A DNA stretch of 64,000 nt, taken from contig JAXJPE010000067.1 in assembly GCA_036426035.1 (NCBI GenBank), forward strand, positions 11,726-75,725. The letters run 5' to 3'. The stretch's first letter is position 1, and each line of letters begins with the position of its first letter. The translations under genes were made by a program, and so were the position numbers. This document shows, piece after piece, positions 39,261-49,499 of the stretch. The notes under the pieces are model-generated. The model worked only from the letters and a program-made list of their open reading frames with translations. It made no database searches and was not told where the DNA came from. This DNA comes from Collinsella sp. (GTDB lineage: Bacteria > Actinomycetota > Coriobacteriia > Coriobacteriales > Coriobacteriaceae).

Positions 39261-40091
39261 TTACTTCTTACGGCGACGAATGATGTGCTGGTTCGAGACC
39301 TTCTTCTTCTTGCGCGTACGAAGGCCCTTCGTCGGCTTACCCCAGGGGGTAACGGAGGGACGACCAGAGGTGTGGTTCTTGCCCTCGCCACCGCCGTGCG
39401 GGTGGTCGACAGGGTTCATGACGGTACCGCGGACGGTCGGGCGCACGTTCATGTGACGCTTACGGCCGGCCTTGCCGATGACGATGTTGGAGTGATCGGC
39501 GTTGCCGACCTCACCGACGGTGGCGCGGCAGGTAACGAGGATGCGGCGCATCTCGGAGGAAGGCATACGGACGATAGCGTACTTGCCCTCCTTACCCATC
39601 AGCTGGCAGGAGTTACCGGCGGAACGGGCGATAGCAGCGCCCTTGCCCGGCTGGAACTCGACGGCGTGGATGAGCGTACCGACGGGGATGTCGGCGAGGG
39701 GCAGAGCGTTGCCCGGCTTGATGTCGGCGTCAGAACCGGACATGATGGTCTGACCGACCTCGAGGCCCTTGGGGGCCAGGATGTAGCGCTTCTCACCGTC
39801 AGCATAGTGCAGCAGAGCGATGCGAGCGGAACGGTTCGGATCGTACTCGATCGTGGCAACCTTGGCGGGCACGCCGTCCTTGTTGCGCTTGAAGTCGATC
39901 ACGCGGTAACGACGCTTCACGCCGCCGCCCTGGTGGCGGGTGGTGATGCGGCCGTTGTTGTTACGACCGGCCTTCTTGGGCAGGGGCTCGAGAAGAGACT
40001 TCTCGGGCTTGGTGCAGGTGATCTCGGAGAAGTCGGAGATCGTCTGCCAACGCCTACCAGCGGAGGTCGGCTTAAGGTGCTTTACAGCCAT
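39261..40091 (-). CDS. rplB: 50S ribosomal protein L2
   Basis: [31 protein letters not shown]. Confidence 0.98.
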   Translation of the reverse strand: MAVKHLKPTSAGRRWQTISDFSEITCTKPEKSLLEPLPKKAGRNNNGRITTRHQGGGVKRRYRVIDFKRNKDGVPAKVATIEYDPNRSARIALLHYADGEKRYILAPKGLEVGQTIMSGSDADIKPGNALPLADIPVGTLIHAVEFQPGKGAAIARSAGNSCQLMGKEGKYAIVRMPSSEMRRILVTCRATVGEVGNADHSNIVIGKAGRKRHMNVRPTVRGTVMNPVDHPHGGGEGKNHTSGRPSVTPWGKPTKGLRTRKKKKVSNQHIIRRRKK

Positions 40092-40270
40092 TACAATCCC
40101 TTTCAATAGGAATCCGTTAGCCATCGCAGACAGGGATTCGAGGTTCTGCCTCGGGTGCGATGACACCGGACGTATACACGGTTCCGGGCGTGTCCATTTT
40201 ATACGCCCAAAACCTTGAGCTCTCGCCTCCCCTATTTGGGAGGCATGAGCTCACTCAACAGCAGCGAGTC

Positions 40271-40558
40271 TTAGGCCTGGTTGCCAAAGACCTCGATGGT
40301 GTCGCCCTCGGCCAGCGTGACGATGGCCTTCTTCCAAGAACGGGTCTTGCCGGCGACATAGCGCACGCGCTTGGTCTTGGGCTTGACCGTCAGGGTGTTC
40401 ACGCGAACGACCTTGACGCCGAAGATCTCCTCGACAGCGTCCTTGATCTGATACTTGTTAGCATCCTTGGCGACCTCGAACGTGTACTTGTTCAGCTCCA
40501 TGCCGGAGAAGGAACGCTCGGACACGATCGGACGGATGATGATCTCGTGGGCGGTCAT
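40271..40558 (-). CDS. rplW: 50S ribosomal protein L23
   Basis: IIRPIVSE, ANKYQIK, WKKAIVTL. Confidence 0.97.
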   Translation of the reverse strand: MTAHEIIIRPIVSERSFSGMELNKYTFEVAKDANKYQIKDAVEEIFGVKVVRVNTLTVKPKTKRVRYVAGKTRSWKKAIVTLAEGDTIEVFGNQA

Positions 40559-41185
40559 TTATGCAAGCACCTCCCCGAAGTGAGCGGCGATGTCGGCGGG
40601 CATCAGCACGGCGTTGTTGTTGACGAGATCGTAGGTGTTGGCCTCGTCGGCAGTGATGATGAACGTCTTGGGAATGTTGCGGAACGACAGGTAGGCGTTG
40701 ACGTCCTCATCGCGAACGATGATGGTCAGACGCTTGCCCTCAAGGCCGAGAGCCTTGAGCATGGCGACGGCAGCCTTGGTGGAAGGCTTCTCGAAGCCGT
40801 AGTCGTCGACGAGCACGAGCTCGCCATCGGCCAGCTTGGCGGACAGCGCGGAGCGCATAGCCAGCTTGACCTCCTTGTTGTTCATACGCTTAGCGTAGGA
40901 ACGGGGCTTGGGGGCGAAGACAACGCCACCGTGACGCCACTGGGCAGCACGGATGGAACCCTGGCGGGCACGGCCGGTACCCTTCTGACGCCAAGGTTTC
41001 TTGCCGCCACCGGAAACCTCAGAGCGGCCCTTAGCGGACTGGGTGCCCTGACGCCAAGAGGCCATCTGGCACTTGACGATGTGGTGCATAACGTGGATGT
41101 TCGGCTCGATGCCGTACACCTCAGCGGCGAGCTCGGCCTCGGCGACCTTCTTGCCCTCGCTGTTCTTTACTTCAAACTTTGCCAT
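40559..41185 (-). CDS. rplD: 50S ribosomal protein L4
   Basis: KPWRQKGTGRARQGS. Confidence 0.98.
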   Translation of the reverse strand: MAKFEVKNSEGKKVAEAELAAEVYGIEPNIHVMHHIVKCQMASWRQGTQSAKGRSEVSGGGKKPWRQKGTGRARQGSIRAAQWRHGGVVFAPKPRSYAKRMNNKEVKLAMRSALSAKLADGELVLVDDYGFEKPSTKAAVAMLKALGLEGKRLTIIVRDEDVNAYLSFRNIPKTFIITADEANTYDLVNNNAVLMPADIAAHFGEVLA

Positions 41186-41231
41186 TTAAGTGTTCTCCTT
41201 GGTATGACGCTGGGCTAAATGGGCTGGGCCC

Positions 41232-41852
41232 TTAGGCCATACGGATGGCGACGAGACCATTCTTGGCACCCGGGACAGCGCCCTTGACCAAGATGAGGTT
41301 CTGCTCGGCATCGATGCGGACAACGGAAAGGTTCTTGACGGTAACGCGCTCGTTACCCATGTGACCGGCCATCTTGACGCCCTTGAGGACGCGCGCAGGA
41401 TAGGCGCACTGACCGATAGAACCGGGGTGACGCTGGAAGTGAGAACCATGCGTCATAGGACCGCGGCGCTGACCCCAGCGCTTGATGCGACCCTGGAAGC
41501 CCTTACCCTTGGAGGTACCGATGACGTCGACCTTCTCGACATCAGCGAAATCAGCGACGGTGACGACCTCGCCGACCTTGTGCTCCTCGCCGTTCTCGAC
41601 GCGGACCTCACGAAGGAAGCGGACAGGCTCGACGCCAGCCTTGGCGAAGTGACCAGCCATGGGCTTGTTCACGTTCTTGGCCTTGATGTCGCCGAAACCG
41701 ATCTGGACGGCGTCATAGCCGTCGGTTGCCTGAGTTTTAACCTGCGAGACAGCGCAGGGGCCAGCCTGGATGACCGTGACGGGAACGACGTTATCGTTCT
41801 CGTCCCAAACCTGGGTCATGCCAATCTTGCGGCCGAGAATCATGCTGATCAA
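41232..41852 (-). CDS. rplC: 50S ribosomal protein L3
   Basis: [20 protein letters not shown]. Confidence 0.98.
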   Translation of the reverse strand: MISMILGRKIGMTQVWDENDNVVPVTVIQAGPCAVSQVKTQATDGYDAVQIGFGDIKAKNVNKPMAGHFAKAGVEPVRFLREVRVENGEEHKVGEVVTVADFADVEKVDVIGTSKGKGFQGRIKRWGQRRGPMTHGSHFQRHPGSIGQCAYPARVLKGVKMAGHMGNERVTVKNLSVVRIDAEQNLILVKGAVPGAKNGLVAIRMA

Positions 41853-42119
41853 GATATGATCCCAACTCTCGCGTGGTCTTGGGACAATGCGTACACCACC
41901 GAGCGTACGCCCCTAGAGGACCACTACTTACACGACGTGCTCCCCAGCCTTGTATTTCGCCCGGACTACCTGACAACCCTATTAAGCAGGCATTTTGTCC
42001 AGCCAGAATACTCCCCTGGTTTCACACAGCTGTTTAGTATACACGGCTGCGGGCGTATCCATCGAGATTCATATTTCACTCACATTGTTTACGCAGGTAA
42101 AGTGCGTGGAGTCGCCTGG

Positions 42120-42256
42120 GCTTGGCAGAGGGGCGGCGAAATATATTAAGTTTGCTGCTCTACAGTCCTGCGCAAGACGGAAAGCACATTAAGTGCTTTC
42201 CTTTGCGTGCGGAACTCGCGACAAACTTAATATATTTCGCCGCCCCTCTGCCAAGC
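42120..42256. repeat. Long palindromic element; 85-bp core (42146-42230) identical to 59415-59499
   Basis: ttaagtttg...caaacttaa core within perfect 26-bp outer arms. Confidence 0.9.
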
Positions 42257-42300
42257 TCGGGAGACGACACGTTGATGTCTGCTTAACTCTGCTCGCTCAG

Positions 42301-42927
42301 CTAATTACTTTGTTGGGGGTCCACTATTTGCTGGAGGGTGAACTTACATTGATGAGGTTCGCCTTCTGCTTGTGGCTTTTGCTCATCGAAATCGAAGATC
42401 ATGATGGCGCAGTTGGGGAGTTTTGTTGGGAGCTCGAAGCCCTCTGGGGCTGCAGCCTTGATGAATTGGCGGCTGGCGCTGCCGTGGCTTACTGCCAGGA
42501 GGGTTTCGATGCCCTCGACGCCCATGATATCGGTGAGAGTGTCTACCATGCGCTCTTGCAGCGCGCGGCTTCCTTCTCCTCCGAAGGGGACCAGGTCCTC
42601 GCCCGGATCCCAGACGTCGGTGGGCAGCGCGTCGTGCGGGCCTTCCTCGAAGGTTCCGTAGCAACGCTCGATGATGCCTTCGCAGGGCTCGACAGCAGCG
42701 TCCGGGCCGAGGAGCTCGCATGCGACGAGACTTGCCGTGTCCATGGCTCGGCCCAAGGGCGAAGAGACCACTTTGTCGGGGACAACGTCGTGGTCCTTGA
42801 GCCATGCAGCTGCCATTCCCGCTTGCTTGCGGCCCAGGTCGGTCAACGGAGAATTGCAGCGGCCCTGGACCAGCTTTTTAACGTTGAATTCTGTCTGACC
42901 GTGGCGGAGTAGATATAGACGCTTCAT
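42301..42927 (-). CDS. Histidine phosphatase superfamily protein
   Basis: LLRHGQT, SSPLGRA, VSHG. Confidence 0.92.
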   Translation of the reverse strand: MKRLYLLRHGQTEFNVKKLVQGRCNSPLTDLGRKQAGMAAAWLKDHDVVPDKVVSSPLGRAMDTASLVACELLGPDAAVEPCEGIIERCYGTFEEGPHDALPTDVWDPGEDLVPFGGEGSRALQERMVDTLTDIMGVEGIETLLAVSHGSASRQFIKAAAPEGFELPTKLPNCAIMIFDFDEQKPQAEGEPHQCKFTLQQIVDPQQSN

Positions 42928-42966
42928 GCTCTCCCCTTCTGTATAACTAGCTTTACCGGCGCAGCC

Positions 42967-44127
42967 CTACTCGTGGGTATGGCCTACGTAGTCTTCGTCG
43001 ATCGTAATCTTGGCAATCGACTTGGGGTATTCCGATTCGACCCGTTGTGCCAGCGCGTGCTTTACATCTTCGGCACTCATCTGCAGATCCGAGGGACGCA
43101 CGCAGTCAAAGATCACGTTGGTGTGCGTAGGACCCGGCACACGGCGCAGGTCATGAATCGAGAGGCGGCTATCAATCTGTTGGGCCATGGCGTTAATGCG
43201 TAAACGCATGCTCGCCAGCTTGGGGTCATCGGTCACGATGGGATCGTAGTGAAGCGTGACAATCATGCCGTCTTCGTTCCTAAACGCCTGCTCGATGTTA
43301 TCGAGCGTGTCGTGGCTTTCCAGAGGGCTGGCCTCGGCTGCCATCTCGGCGTGAGCGCTTGCGAACTTTCTGCCCGGACCGTAGTCGTGAACCATCAGAT
43401 CGTGAACGCCCAGAACGCCGGGGTAACTCATGATCTTGTCTCGAATGTGCTTGACCAGCTTAGGATCGGGCGTCTGGCCCAAAAGCGGGCTCACCGTATC
43501 CTGGATGAGTTCAAAACCGCTCCAGCCAATATAGGCACCAACGGCAAGGCCGACCCAAGCGTCAAGGTTGATGCCCGTCACCTGCGAAACAATTGCGCAC
43601 GCCAGTACGGCGCCCGTGGCAAGAACATCGTTCTTGGAATCCTGCGCGGTCGCATGCAGCGTCTCGGACTCAATGCGATCGCCGAGCTTTTGGTTGAGGG
43701 CCGCCATCCAAAGCTTTACGACCATCGAAAGCACTAGAACTGCCACCAGGGCAAGCGAGAACTCGACAGGTTCGGGGTGGATGACGCGCTCAACCGAGGA
43801 CTTCACCAGTTCAACGCCAATCAGCAGCACGAGCGCCGCCACGACCAGACCCGAGAGATACTCGTAGCGACCGTGGCCGTAAGGATGCTCGGGGTCGGCC
43901 GGCTTGCTCGCCAGCTTAAAGCCCAGCACGCTCACGATATTCGAGCTGGCATCGGACAGGTTGTTCATGGCATCCGCCACAATCGAAACCGAACCCGAAA
44001 CCACACCAATGGCACCCTTCGCAGCACAAAGTGCAACATTGGCGACGATACACACCATGCCCGCTAACGTGCCCACACGCGCACGATCGCCCTGTGCGCG
44101 CTTAACAATCCACTCGACCATCCTCAT
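42967..44127 (-). CDS. Cation diffusion facilitator family transporter
   Basis: IVADAMNNLSD, KPADPEHPYGHGRYE, HDLMVHDYG. Confidence 0.92.
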   Translation of the reverse strand: MRMVEWIVKRAQGDRARVGTLAGMVCIVANVALCAAKGAIGVVSGSVSIVADAMNNLSDASSNIVSVLGFKLASKPADPEHPYGHGRYEYLSGLVVAALVLLIGVELVKSSVERVIHPEPVEFSLALVAVLVLSMVVKLWMAALNQKLGDRIESETLHATAQDSKNDVLATGAVLACAIVSQVTGINLDAWVGLAVGAYIGWSGFELIQDTVSPLLGQTPDPKLVKHIRDKIMSYPGVLGVHDLMVHDYGPGRKFASAHAEMAAEASPLESHDTLDNIEQAFRNEDGMIVTLHYDPIVTDDPKLASMRLRINAMAQQIDSRLSIHDLRRVPGPTHTNVIFDCVRPSDLQMSAEDVKHALAQRVESEYPKSIAKITIDEDYVGHTHE

Positions 44128-44270
44128 CAGTCCCCACGGTACTGCCTATATATCTATTGCTCAAACGGATTGTAGTGTAGCCACTTTGTCCTCCAGATAC
44201 AAAAAGGCCGCGCCCACACGGGCCACGGCCTTGGAATGTGACATGCGGGACTGCCCCTTTGTCGATCGAT

Positions 44271-45434
44271 TTATGCGCTTGCCTCGGCCACGCTCTTCGA
44301 GGTTTTGGGCGAATCGGCTCCGTCTCCTGCCGCCTGCCCCTTCGCCGGCACCACGCCAAAGCAGTAGCTCAGCGCCGCAGACACCGCAAATGCCGTGCCG
44401 CCGGCAACGCAGCACCACAGCAGGTTCGAAAAACCACCTGTGGCAAAGCCAATGACCATGAGGACATTCGTCATGCCGATGGTATAGGCCGTAACGTGGC
44501 CCACGGCTGCAACAAGGCCTCCGACGGCGCCGCCAATGGCCATGCACGTCAGGCACCTGCCATATTTAAAGCCGCAACCGTACAGCGCCGGCTCGCTTAC
44601 GCCGCCAAGCACGCCCGAGATTGAATAGCCCAGCATGAGCGCCTTCTCGTCCTTATCCGCAACGCGAAGCGACGCGCCAAAGGGCATGCCCCAAACGGCG
44701 AACGTTGCCATCGTCGCGGCGATCAGAATGCACGAATCCGTTCCCACACTCATAAACTGCGCATAGGCGAGCGATAGGACAACGTTGCTGACGCCCGCGA
44801 TCTTAAGGAACTCCCAGCCCGCGGCAAGCCCCATGAGTGTGAGCAACGATACGATGCCACCGGAATTGCCAAGCATAAACATAAGCTGGCCCAACAGCAT
44901 GCCCAGATAGCTGCCCGCCGGCACCGTAATACACAGCGAAACCGGAACCATGACAAGCATGGTCGCAAACGGAACAAACGAAAACGCCACGGCCTGAGGG
45001 ATAACGCGCGAAAAGAAACACTCCACTCGCCATAGCACGGGCACCGAGATGAGAACCGGAATAACAGTCGTCGTGTAATCGTTGACCGGCGCGGGAAGCA
45101 GGCCATACACAGAAGTCATCGATGCCCCCGTCGTCGATGCGGCATCGACGAGCTTAAGCAGATCGGGCGCAATCAATACGCCGCCCAGCATCATGCCCAG
45201 CTGCTCCGAGCAACCGAGCTGGCGGGCGGCCGCCCAACCAAGATAAACGGGCAAAAAGTAGTAGCCGGCGTTATAGAGCCAACTGTAGAACAGGCGATAG
45301 ATTTCGGAATCGGCAGACCACAGGCCCAGCATGCCTTCGCCCATAATGACGGCGACGGTGCGGAACAACGCCGCGCAGACAATAAACGGCAGCGCCGACA
45401 TCATGCTTTTGGACAGATAGTCCACCACGGCCAT
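44271..45434 (-). CDS. PTS EIIC component (sucrose/beta-glucoside-like), stand-alone; start uncertain
   Basis: YYFLPVYLG, YTTTVIP, GVSEPALYG, multiple TM; no EIIB motif seen. Confidence 0.75.
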   Translation of the reverse strand: MAVVDYLSKSMMSALPFIVCAALFRTVAVIMGEGMLGLWSADSEIYRLFYSWLYNAGYYFLPVYLGWAAARQLGCSEQLGMMLGGVLIAPDLLKLVDAASTTGASMTSVYGLLPAPVNDYTTTVIPVLISVPVLWRVECFFSRVIPQAVAFSFVPFATMLVMVPVSLCITVPAGSYLGMLLGQLMFMLGNSGGIVSLLTLMGLAAGWEFLKIAGVSNVVLSLAYAQFMSVGTDSCILIAATMATFAVWGMPFGASLRVADKDEKALMLGYSISGVLGGVSEPALYGCGFKYGRCLTCMAIGGAVGGLVAAVGHVTAYTIGMTNVLMVIGFATGGFSNLLWCCVAGGTAFAVSAALSYCFGVVPAKGQAAGDGADSPKTSKSVAEASA

Positions 45435-45525
45435 GGCGTTTGATGAGACCGTCGTTGTAAACGAGGTGTTAGAAACTTGTGACACAGGAACCCTTTCCCA
45501 ATGTAACATGCGGACTGTCCCTTTG

Positions 45526-47250
45526 TCACATCGTGCGGTACTGACCGATTGCGCGGTACTTTTCGTAGCGGAGGTTTGCGAGGGTCGCGTCGTCGAGCCG
45601 CCCAAGCGTATCGAAGGCGGCAAATGCCGAGGACATGACGGCACCGGCGATCTCCTCATGAGACAGGCCCCTATCGTCAACGATGCCGTCGATGATGCCG
45701 AGCGCCAACAGATCGGGGGCCGTGAGCTTAAGCGCCTCGGCGGCCTCATTCGCGCGCTCGGTATCCTTCCACAGGATCGACGCGCAGGCCTCGGGGCTCA
45801 CGACCGAATAGGCCGAGCTCGAGAGCATCAGGATGCGGTCGGCCACGGACAGCGCCAGCGCGCCACCAGAGCCGCCCTCGCCTGTCACCACCGAGACAAT
45901 CGGCGTCTTAAGGCCGCTCATCTCCATAAGGTTCTGGGCAATCGCCTCGCCCTGGCCGCGCTCCTCGGCACCGATGCCACAGAACGCGCCCGAAGTATCG
46001 ACCAGGCACAGAACCGGTCGACCAAACTTTTCGGCCTGGCGCATAAGGCGACGCGCTTTGCGGTAGCCCTCGGGATGCGCCATGCCAAAGTTGCGGCGCA
46101 TACGCTCTTTGGTCGTGGTGCCGCGCTCGATGGCGATGACCGTTACGGGGCGTCCGTCTTTCCAGCCAATGCCAGCCACCACAGCGGCGTCGTCGCCAAA
46201 GTAACGGTCGCCGTGCAGCTCCACAAATCCATCCAGGCCCAGCGAGATCATCTCACCCGCCGTGGCGCGATCTGCCGAGCGGGTCTGCTTGACAATCTCG
46301 AGCGCGGTTTTTGGTGCGGCCGAGCGCTTAAACAAGTGTCCCAGCTTTTTGCCGCGGCGACCCGTATGCACGATTTCATGCGGTGCCCCCAGGCCGGGCG
46401 CGTGCCCTTCGTGCAGCGCCAGCAGCTCGCCTACCGTGAGCGCAATCTCGCCACGCGGAACAACGGCATCGCAAAAACCGTGCTCCAGCAAAAACTCGGA
46501 GCGCTGGAATCCCTTGGGCAGGCGCTTGTGCATGTTCTGCTCGATCACGCGCGGGCCGGCAAATGCCGTCAGGGCATCGGGCTCGGCCAGGATAATGTCG
46601 CCCTCCATGGCAAAGCTCGCGGTTACGCCTCCGGTCGTGGGGTCGGTGAGCACCGTGATATACAGGCCGCCCGCCTCGCTGTGGCGCCTAACCGCCGCAG
46701 AAATCTTGGCCATCTGCATAAGCGAGGTCACGCCCTCTTGCATGCGCGCACCGCCCGAAACGGTAAAGCCGACAACTGGCAATCCCAGCTCGGTCGCACG
46801 CTCAAATGCGCGACAGATCTTCTCGCCCACCACGGAGCCCATCGAGCCCATCATAAAGTTAGCGTCCATAAAGAAGAGCGCGGTATCGCAACCGCAGATT
46901 TTGCCCCTGCCGCACACAACGGCATCGCGCTCGCCCGAACGCTCGCTCACGCTCTTGAGCTTATCGGCATAGCCGGGAAACGAGAGGAAGTCCTCCGACG
47001 CCAGATTGGCATCCCATTCCTCAAACGTGCCCTCGTCGACCGTCATGCGCATGCGCGCGCGACCGCTCACGCGAAAGTGTTTGCCGCAACGAGGGCAGAC
47101 CTCAAGGTTGTCGTGTAGGCGTGCCTCATCGATCACACGGCGGCACTCCAGGCACTTGATAAACACGTGGCGCGCGGGAAACTCGGCGCACGACTCGGTT
47201 ATCGGCCCCTCAAGGACATTGATCGTCTTCGCTTTTCTATTCATCAGCAT
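45526..47250 (-). CDS. accDA: Acetyl-CoA carboxyltransferase beta-alpha fusion (AccD-AccA)
   Basis: CLEC..CPRC zinc finger, SGGARMQEG, PTTGGVTASF, then EGYRKA, GEGGSGGA. Confidence 0.93.
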   Translation of the reverse strand: MLMNRKAKTINVLEGPITESCAEFPARHVFIKCLECRRVIDEARLHDNLEVCPRCGKHFRVSGRARMRMTVDEGTFEEWDANLASEDFLSFPGYADKLKSVSERSGERDAVVCGRGKICGCDTALFFMDANFMMGSMGSVVGEKICRAFERATELGLPVVGFTVSGGARMQEGVTSLMQMAKISAAVRRHSEAGGLYITVLTDPTTGGVTASFAMEGDIILAEPDALTAFAGPRVIEQNMHKRLPKGFQRSEFLLEHGFCDAVVPRGEIALTVGELLALHEGHAPGLGAPHEIVHTGRRGKKLGHLFKRSAAPKTALEIVKQTRSADRATAGEMISLGLDGFVELHGDRYFGDDAAVVAGIGWKDGRPVTVIAIERGTTTKERMRRNFGMAHPEGYRKARRLMRQAEKFGRPVLCLVDTSGAFCGIGAEERGQGEAIAQNLMEMSGLKTPIVSVVTGEGGSGGALALSVADRILMLSSSAYSVVSPEACASILWKDTERANEAAEALKLTAPDLLALGIIDGIVDDRGLSHEEIAGAVMSSAFAAFDTLGRLDDATLANLRYEKYRAIGQYRTM

Positions 47251-48580
47251 AGAGATGCCCCATCAGATCGGTGTGATACATGCCCGACAAGAACTCGTCG
47301 TTTGCCAGCACGTCGAGCTGAAGCTCGCTGTTTTCGCTCACGCCCTCAATCACGAGCTCGCCCAGGGCCGAGCGCATCTTGCGAATGGCGCCGTCACGCG
47401 TGGGCGCACACACGATGAGCTTGCCGAGCATGGAGTCGTAGTACGGCGGAACTGTCGCACCGGTGAACATGGCCGAATCCCAGCGCACGCGCGGACCACC
47501 CGGTACACGCAACGCGGTGACCGTTCCGCATGACGGCAGAAAGTCCGGCGTCTCGGCATTGATGCGGCACTCCATGGCATGGTTGCGGACCGGCATGTCC
47601 TCCTGCTCAAAGGGCAAAGGCTGGCCGGCTGCCACGCGCAGCTGCCACTTGACCAAGTCGGTATCGGTCACAAACTCCGTAACCGGATGCTCCACCTGCA
47701 AGCGCGTGTTCATTTCCATAAAGTAGAAATTGCCGTCGTCCGAATACAGGAACTCGATGGTACCGGCTCCTTCGTAGCCGACGGCACGAGCCAGGTCACG
47801 CGCCGCCTTGTGCATGCGAGCACGAATGTCGTCGTGTCCGTCGAGGCACGGCGCGGGGCTCTCCTCGATCAGCTTTTGGTTGCGACGCTGCACCGAGCAC
47901 TCGCGCTCGCCGAGCGAAAACACATGGCCCTGCTTATCGGCCATAATCTGCACCTCAACGTGGTGCGCCGGCGCGACGAACTTCTCCATGTAGCACTCGC
48001 CGTCGCCAAAAACGGCCTCACCCTCGGCACGCGCCTCGATGAACGCCTTTGCCGCATCTTCCACACGCTCGACTTTGCGAATGCCGCGACCGCCACCGCC
48101 TGCACGCGCCTTAATAAGCACGGGGCAGCCAATGCGCTCGGCCTCGGCCGTTGCCTCCTCGGGGCTTTTGAGCAAATCGCAGCCCGGCACGATGGGCACG
48201 CCCGCCGCGGCAGCCGTTCGACGTGCGGCGTCCTTGTCGCCCATGCTGTCGATTACCTCGGCCGAAGGACCGACAAACGCCAGGCCATACTTGTCGCAGT
48301 CGCGTACAAAGCTCGCCTTCTCGGAAAAGAAGCCGTACCCAGGATGGATCGCCTTTGCGCCCGACTTTACGGCACAGGTGAGCACGGCATCGTCGTTGAG
48401 GTAGCTCTCGGCAAGACGCGGGCCGCCGATGCAATACGCCTCGTCGGCGAGCTGCACGTGCAGCGCGTCCGCATCGGCCGTGGAATAAACGGCGACGGTC
48501 TTGATGCCCATATCGCGGCACGCGCGGATAACACGGACCGCAACCTCGCCGCGGTTGGCGATGAGCACTTTGTCGAACAT
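47237..48580 (-). CDS. accC: Biotin carboxylase
   Basis: KVLIANRGEVA, IHPGYGF, EMNTRLQVEHPVTE, PYYDSM. Confidence 0.96.
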   Translation of the reverse strand: MFDKVLIANRGEVAVRVIRACRDMGIKTVAVYSTADADALHVQLADEAYCIGGPRLAESYLNDDAVLTCAVKSGAKAIHPGYGFFSEKASFVRDCDKYGLAFVGPSAEVIDSMGDKDAARRTAAAAGVPIVPGCDLLKSPEEATAEAERIGCPVLIKARAGGGGRGIRKVERVEDAAKAFIEARAEGEAVFGDGECYMEKFVAPAHHVEVQIMADKQGHVFSLGERECSVQRRNQKLIEESPAPCLDGHDDIRARMHKAARDLARAVGYEGAGTIEFLYSDDGNFYFMEMNTRLQVEHPVTEFVTDTDLVKWQLRVAAGQPLPFEQEDMPVRNHAMECRINAETPDFLPSCGTVTALRVPGGPRVRWDSAMFTGATVPPYYDSMLGKLIVCAPTRDGAIRKMRSALGELVIEGVSENSELQLDVLANDEFLSGMYHTDLMGHLYADE

Positions 48581-48590
48581 GAAGCCTTCC

Positions 48591-49013
48591 TTAACTTTCG
48601 TGCATGAGTGCAAAAGACATATCGGCGCGGCAGCAAACCTCACCGTTGACGCTCGCAGTACCCGTCGCAAAGCGGAACGGCCCGCGCGCACGCGTGATGG
48701 AGCACACCAAATCCACCGTGTCGCCCGGGCGCACCGGACGCTTAAAGCGCACCTTGTCCAGACTCGTGTAGAACGGCGTCGCGCCGCGCGCCTCCTCATC
48801 GCCCATCAGCAGCACGCAGCAGTTCTGGGCGAGCATCTCACACTGGATCACGCCGGGGACGACCGGGTTTCCCGGAAAATGCCCCTGCAAAAAGTACTCG
48901 TCGCCCGTAATCGTGATCTTGCCGTGGGCCTCGTCGCCCACTAGCTCGGCTTCGTCGAGCAAAAGCATCGGCTCACGATGCGGCAACAGTTCTTTAAGCT
49001 CTTCTTTGTTCAT
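48591..49013 (-). CDS. fabZ: 3-hydroxyacyl-ACP dehydratase
   Basis: LPHREPMLL, GHFPGNPVVPGV, FKRPVRPGD. Confidence 0.93.
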   Translation of the reverse strand: MNKEELKELLPHREPMLLLDEAELVGDEAHGKITITGDEYFLQGHFPGNPVVPGVIQCEMLAQNCCVLLMGDEEARGATPFYTSLDKVRFKRPVRPGDTVDLVCSITRARGPFRFATGTASVNGEVCCRADMSFALMHES

Positions 49014-49022
49014 GGATATCAC

Positions 49023-49496
49023 CTATCCGATCCTCATGAGGCAGCTGCCAAACTCCACGAGGTCGCCGTCGGCCACGCAGACCTCGAGCACCTCGCCATC
49101 CGCCTCTGCCGTCACCTCGTTGAGAACCTTCATGGCCTCGATGATGCAGAGGGTCTCGCCGGCTTTGACCTTGGAGCCCACGTGCACAAACGGTTCGTCG
49201 CCCGGCGCCGGGGCAGCATAGAAAACGCCGACCATGGGAGCGGTCACCTCGGTGCCCTTGGGCTCCGGTGCGGCGGCAGGCGCCTGCACGGCGGGCTCCG
49301 GTGCGGCAGGCGCGACTGTGGGAGCGGCAACTGGAGCGGCCATGGCACCCGGCATAGGCATGGGCACGGCAACCGGCTGCGCTGCACTCGCGCGCTCGAG
49401 CTCGACCGCGGTGCCATCGGGCTCCTCAACACGCACGCGTGTGAGGCCGCGGTCTTCCATAACATCGGCTATCTCGGCAAGTCTTTTGGAATCCAT
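49023..49496 (-). CDS. accB: Biotin carboxyl carrier protein
   Basis: APMVGVFY, IEAMK. Confidence 0.95.
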   Translation of the reverse strand: MDSKRLAEIADVMEDRGLTRVRVEEPDGTAVELERASAAQPVAVPMPMPGAMAAPVAAPTVAPAAPEPAVQAPAAAPEPKGTEVTAPMVGVFYAAPAPGDEPFVHVGSKVKAGETLCIIEAMKVLNEVTAEADGEVLEVCVADGDLVEFGSCLMRIG

Positions 49497-49499
49497 GCT

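Noticed and set aside
45526..47250. accD-accA fusion as a novelty
   Set aside because: Fused carboxyltransferases are already known in several bacterial lineages.
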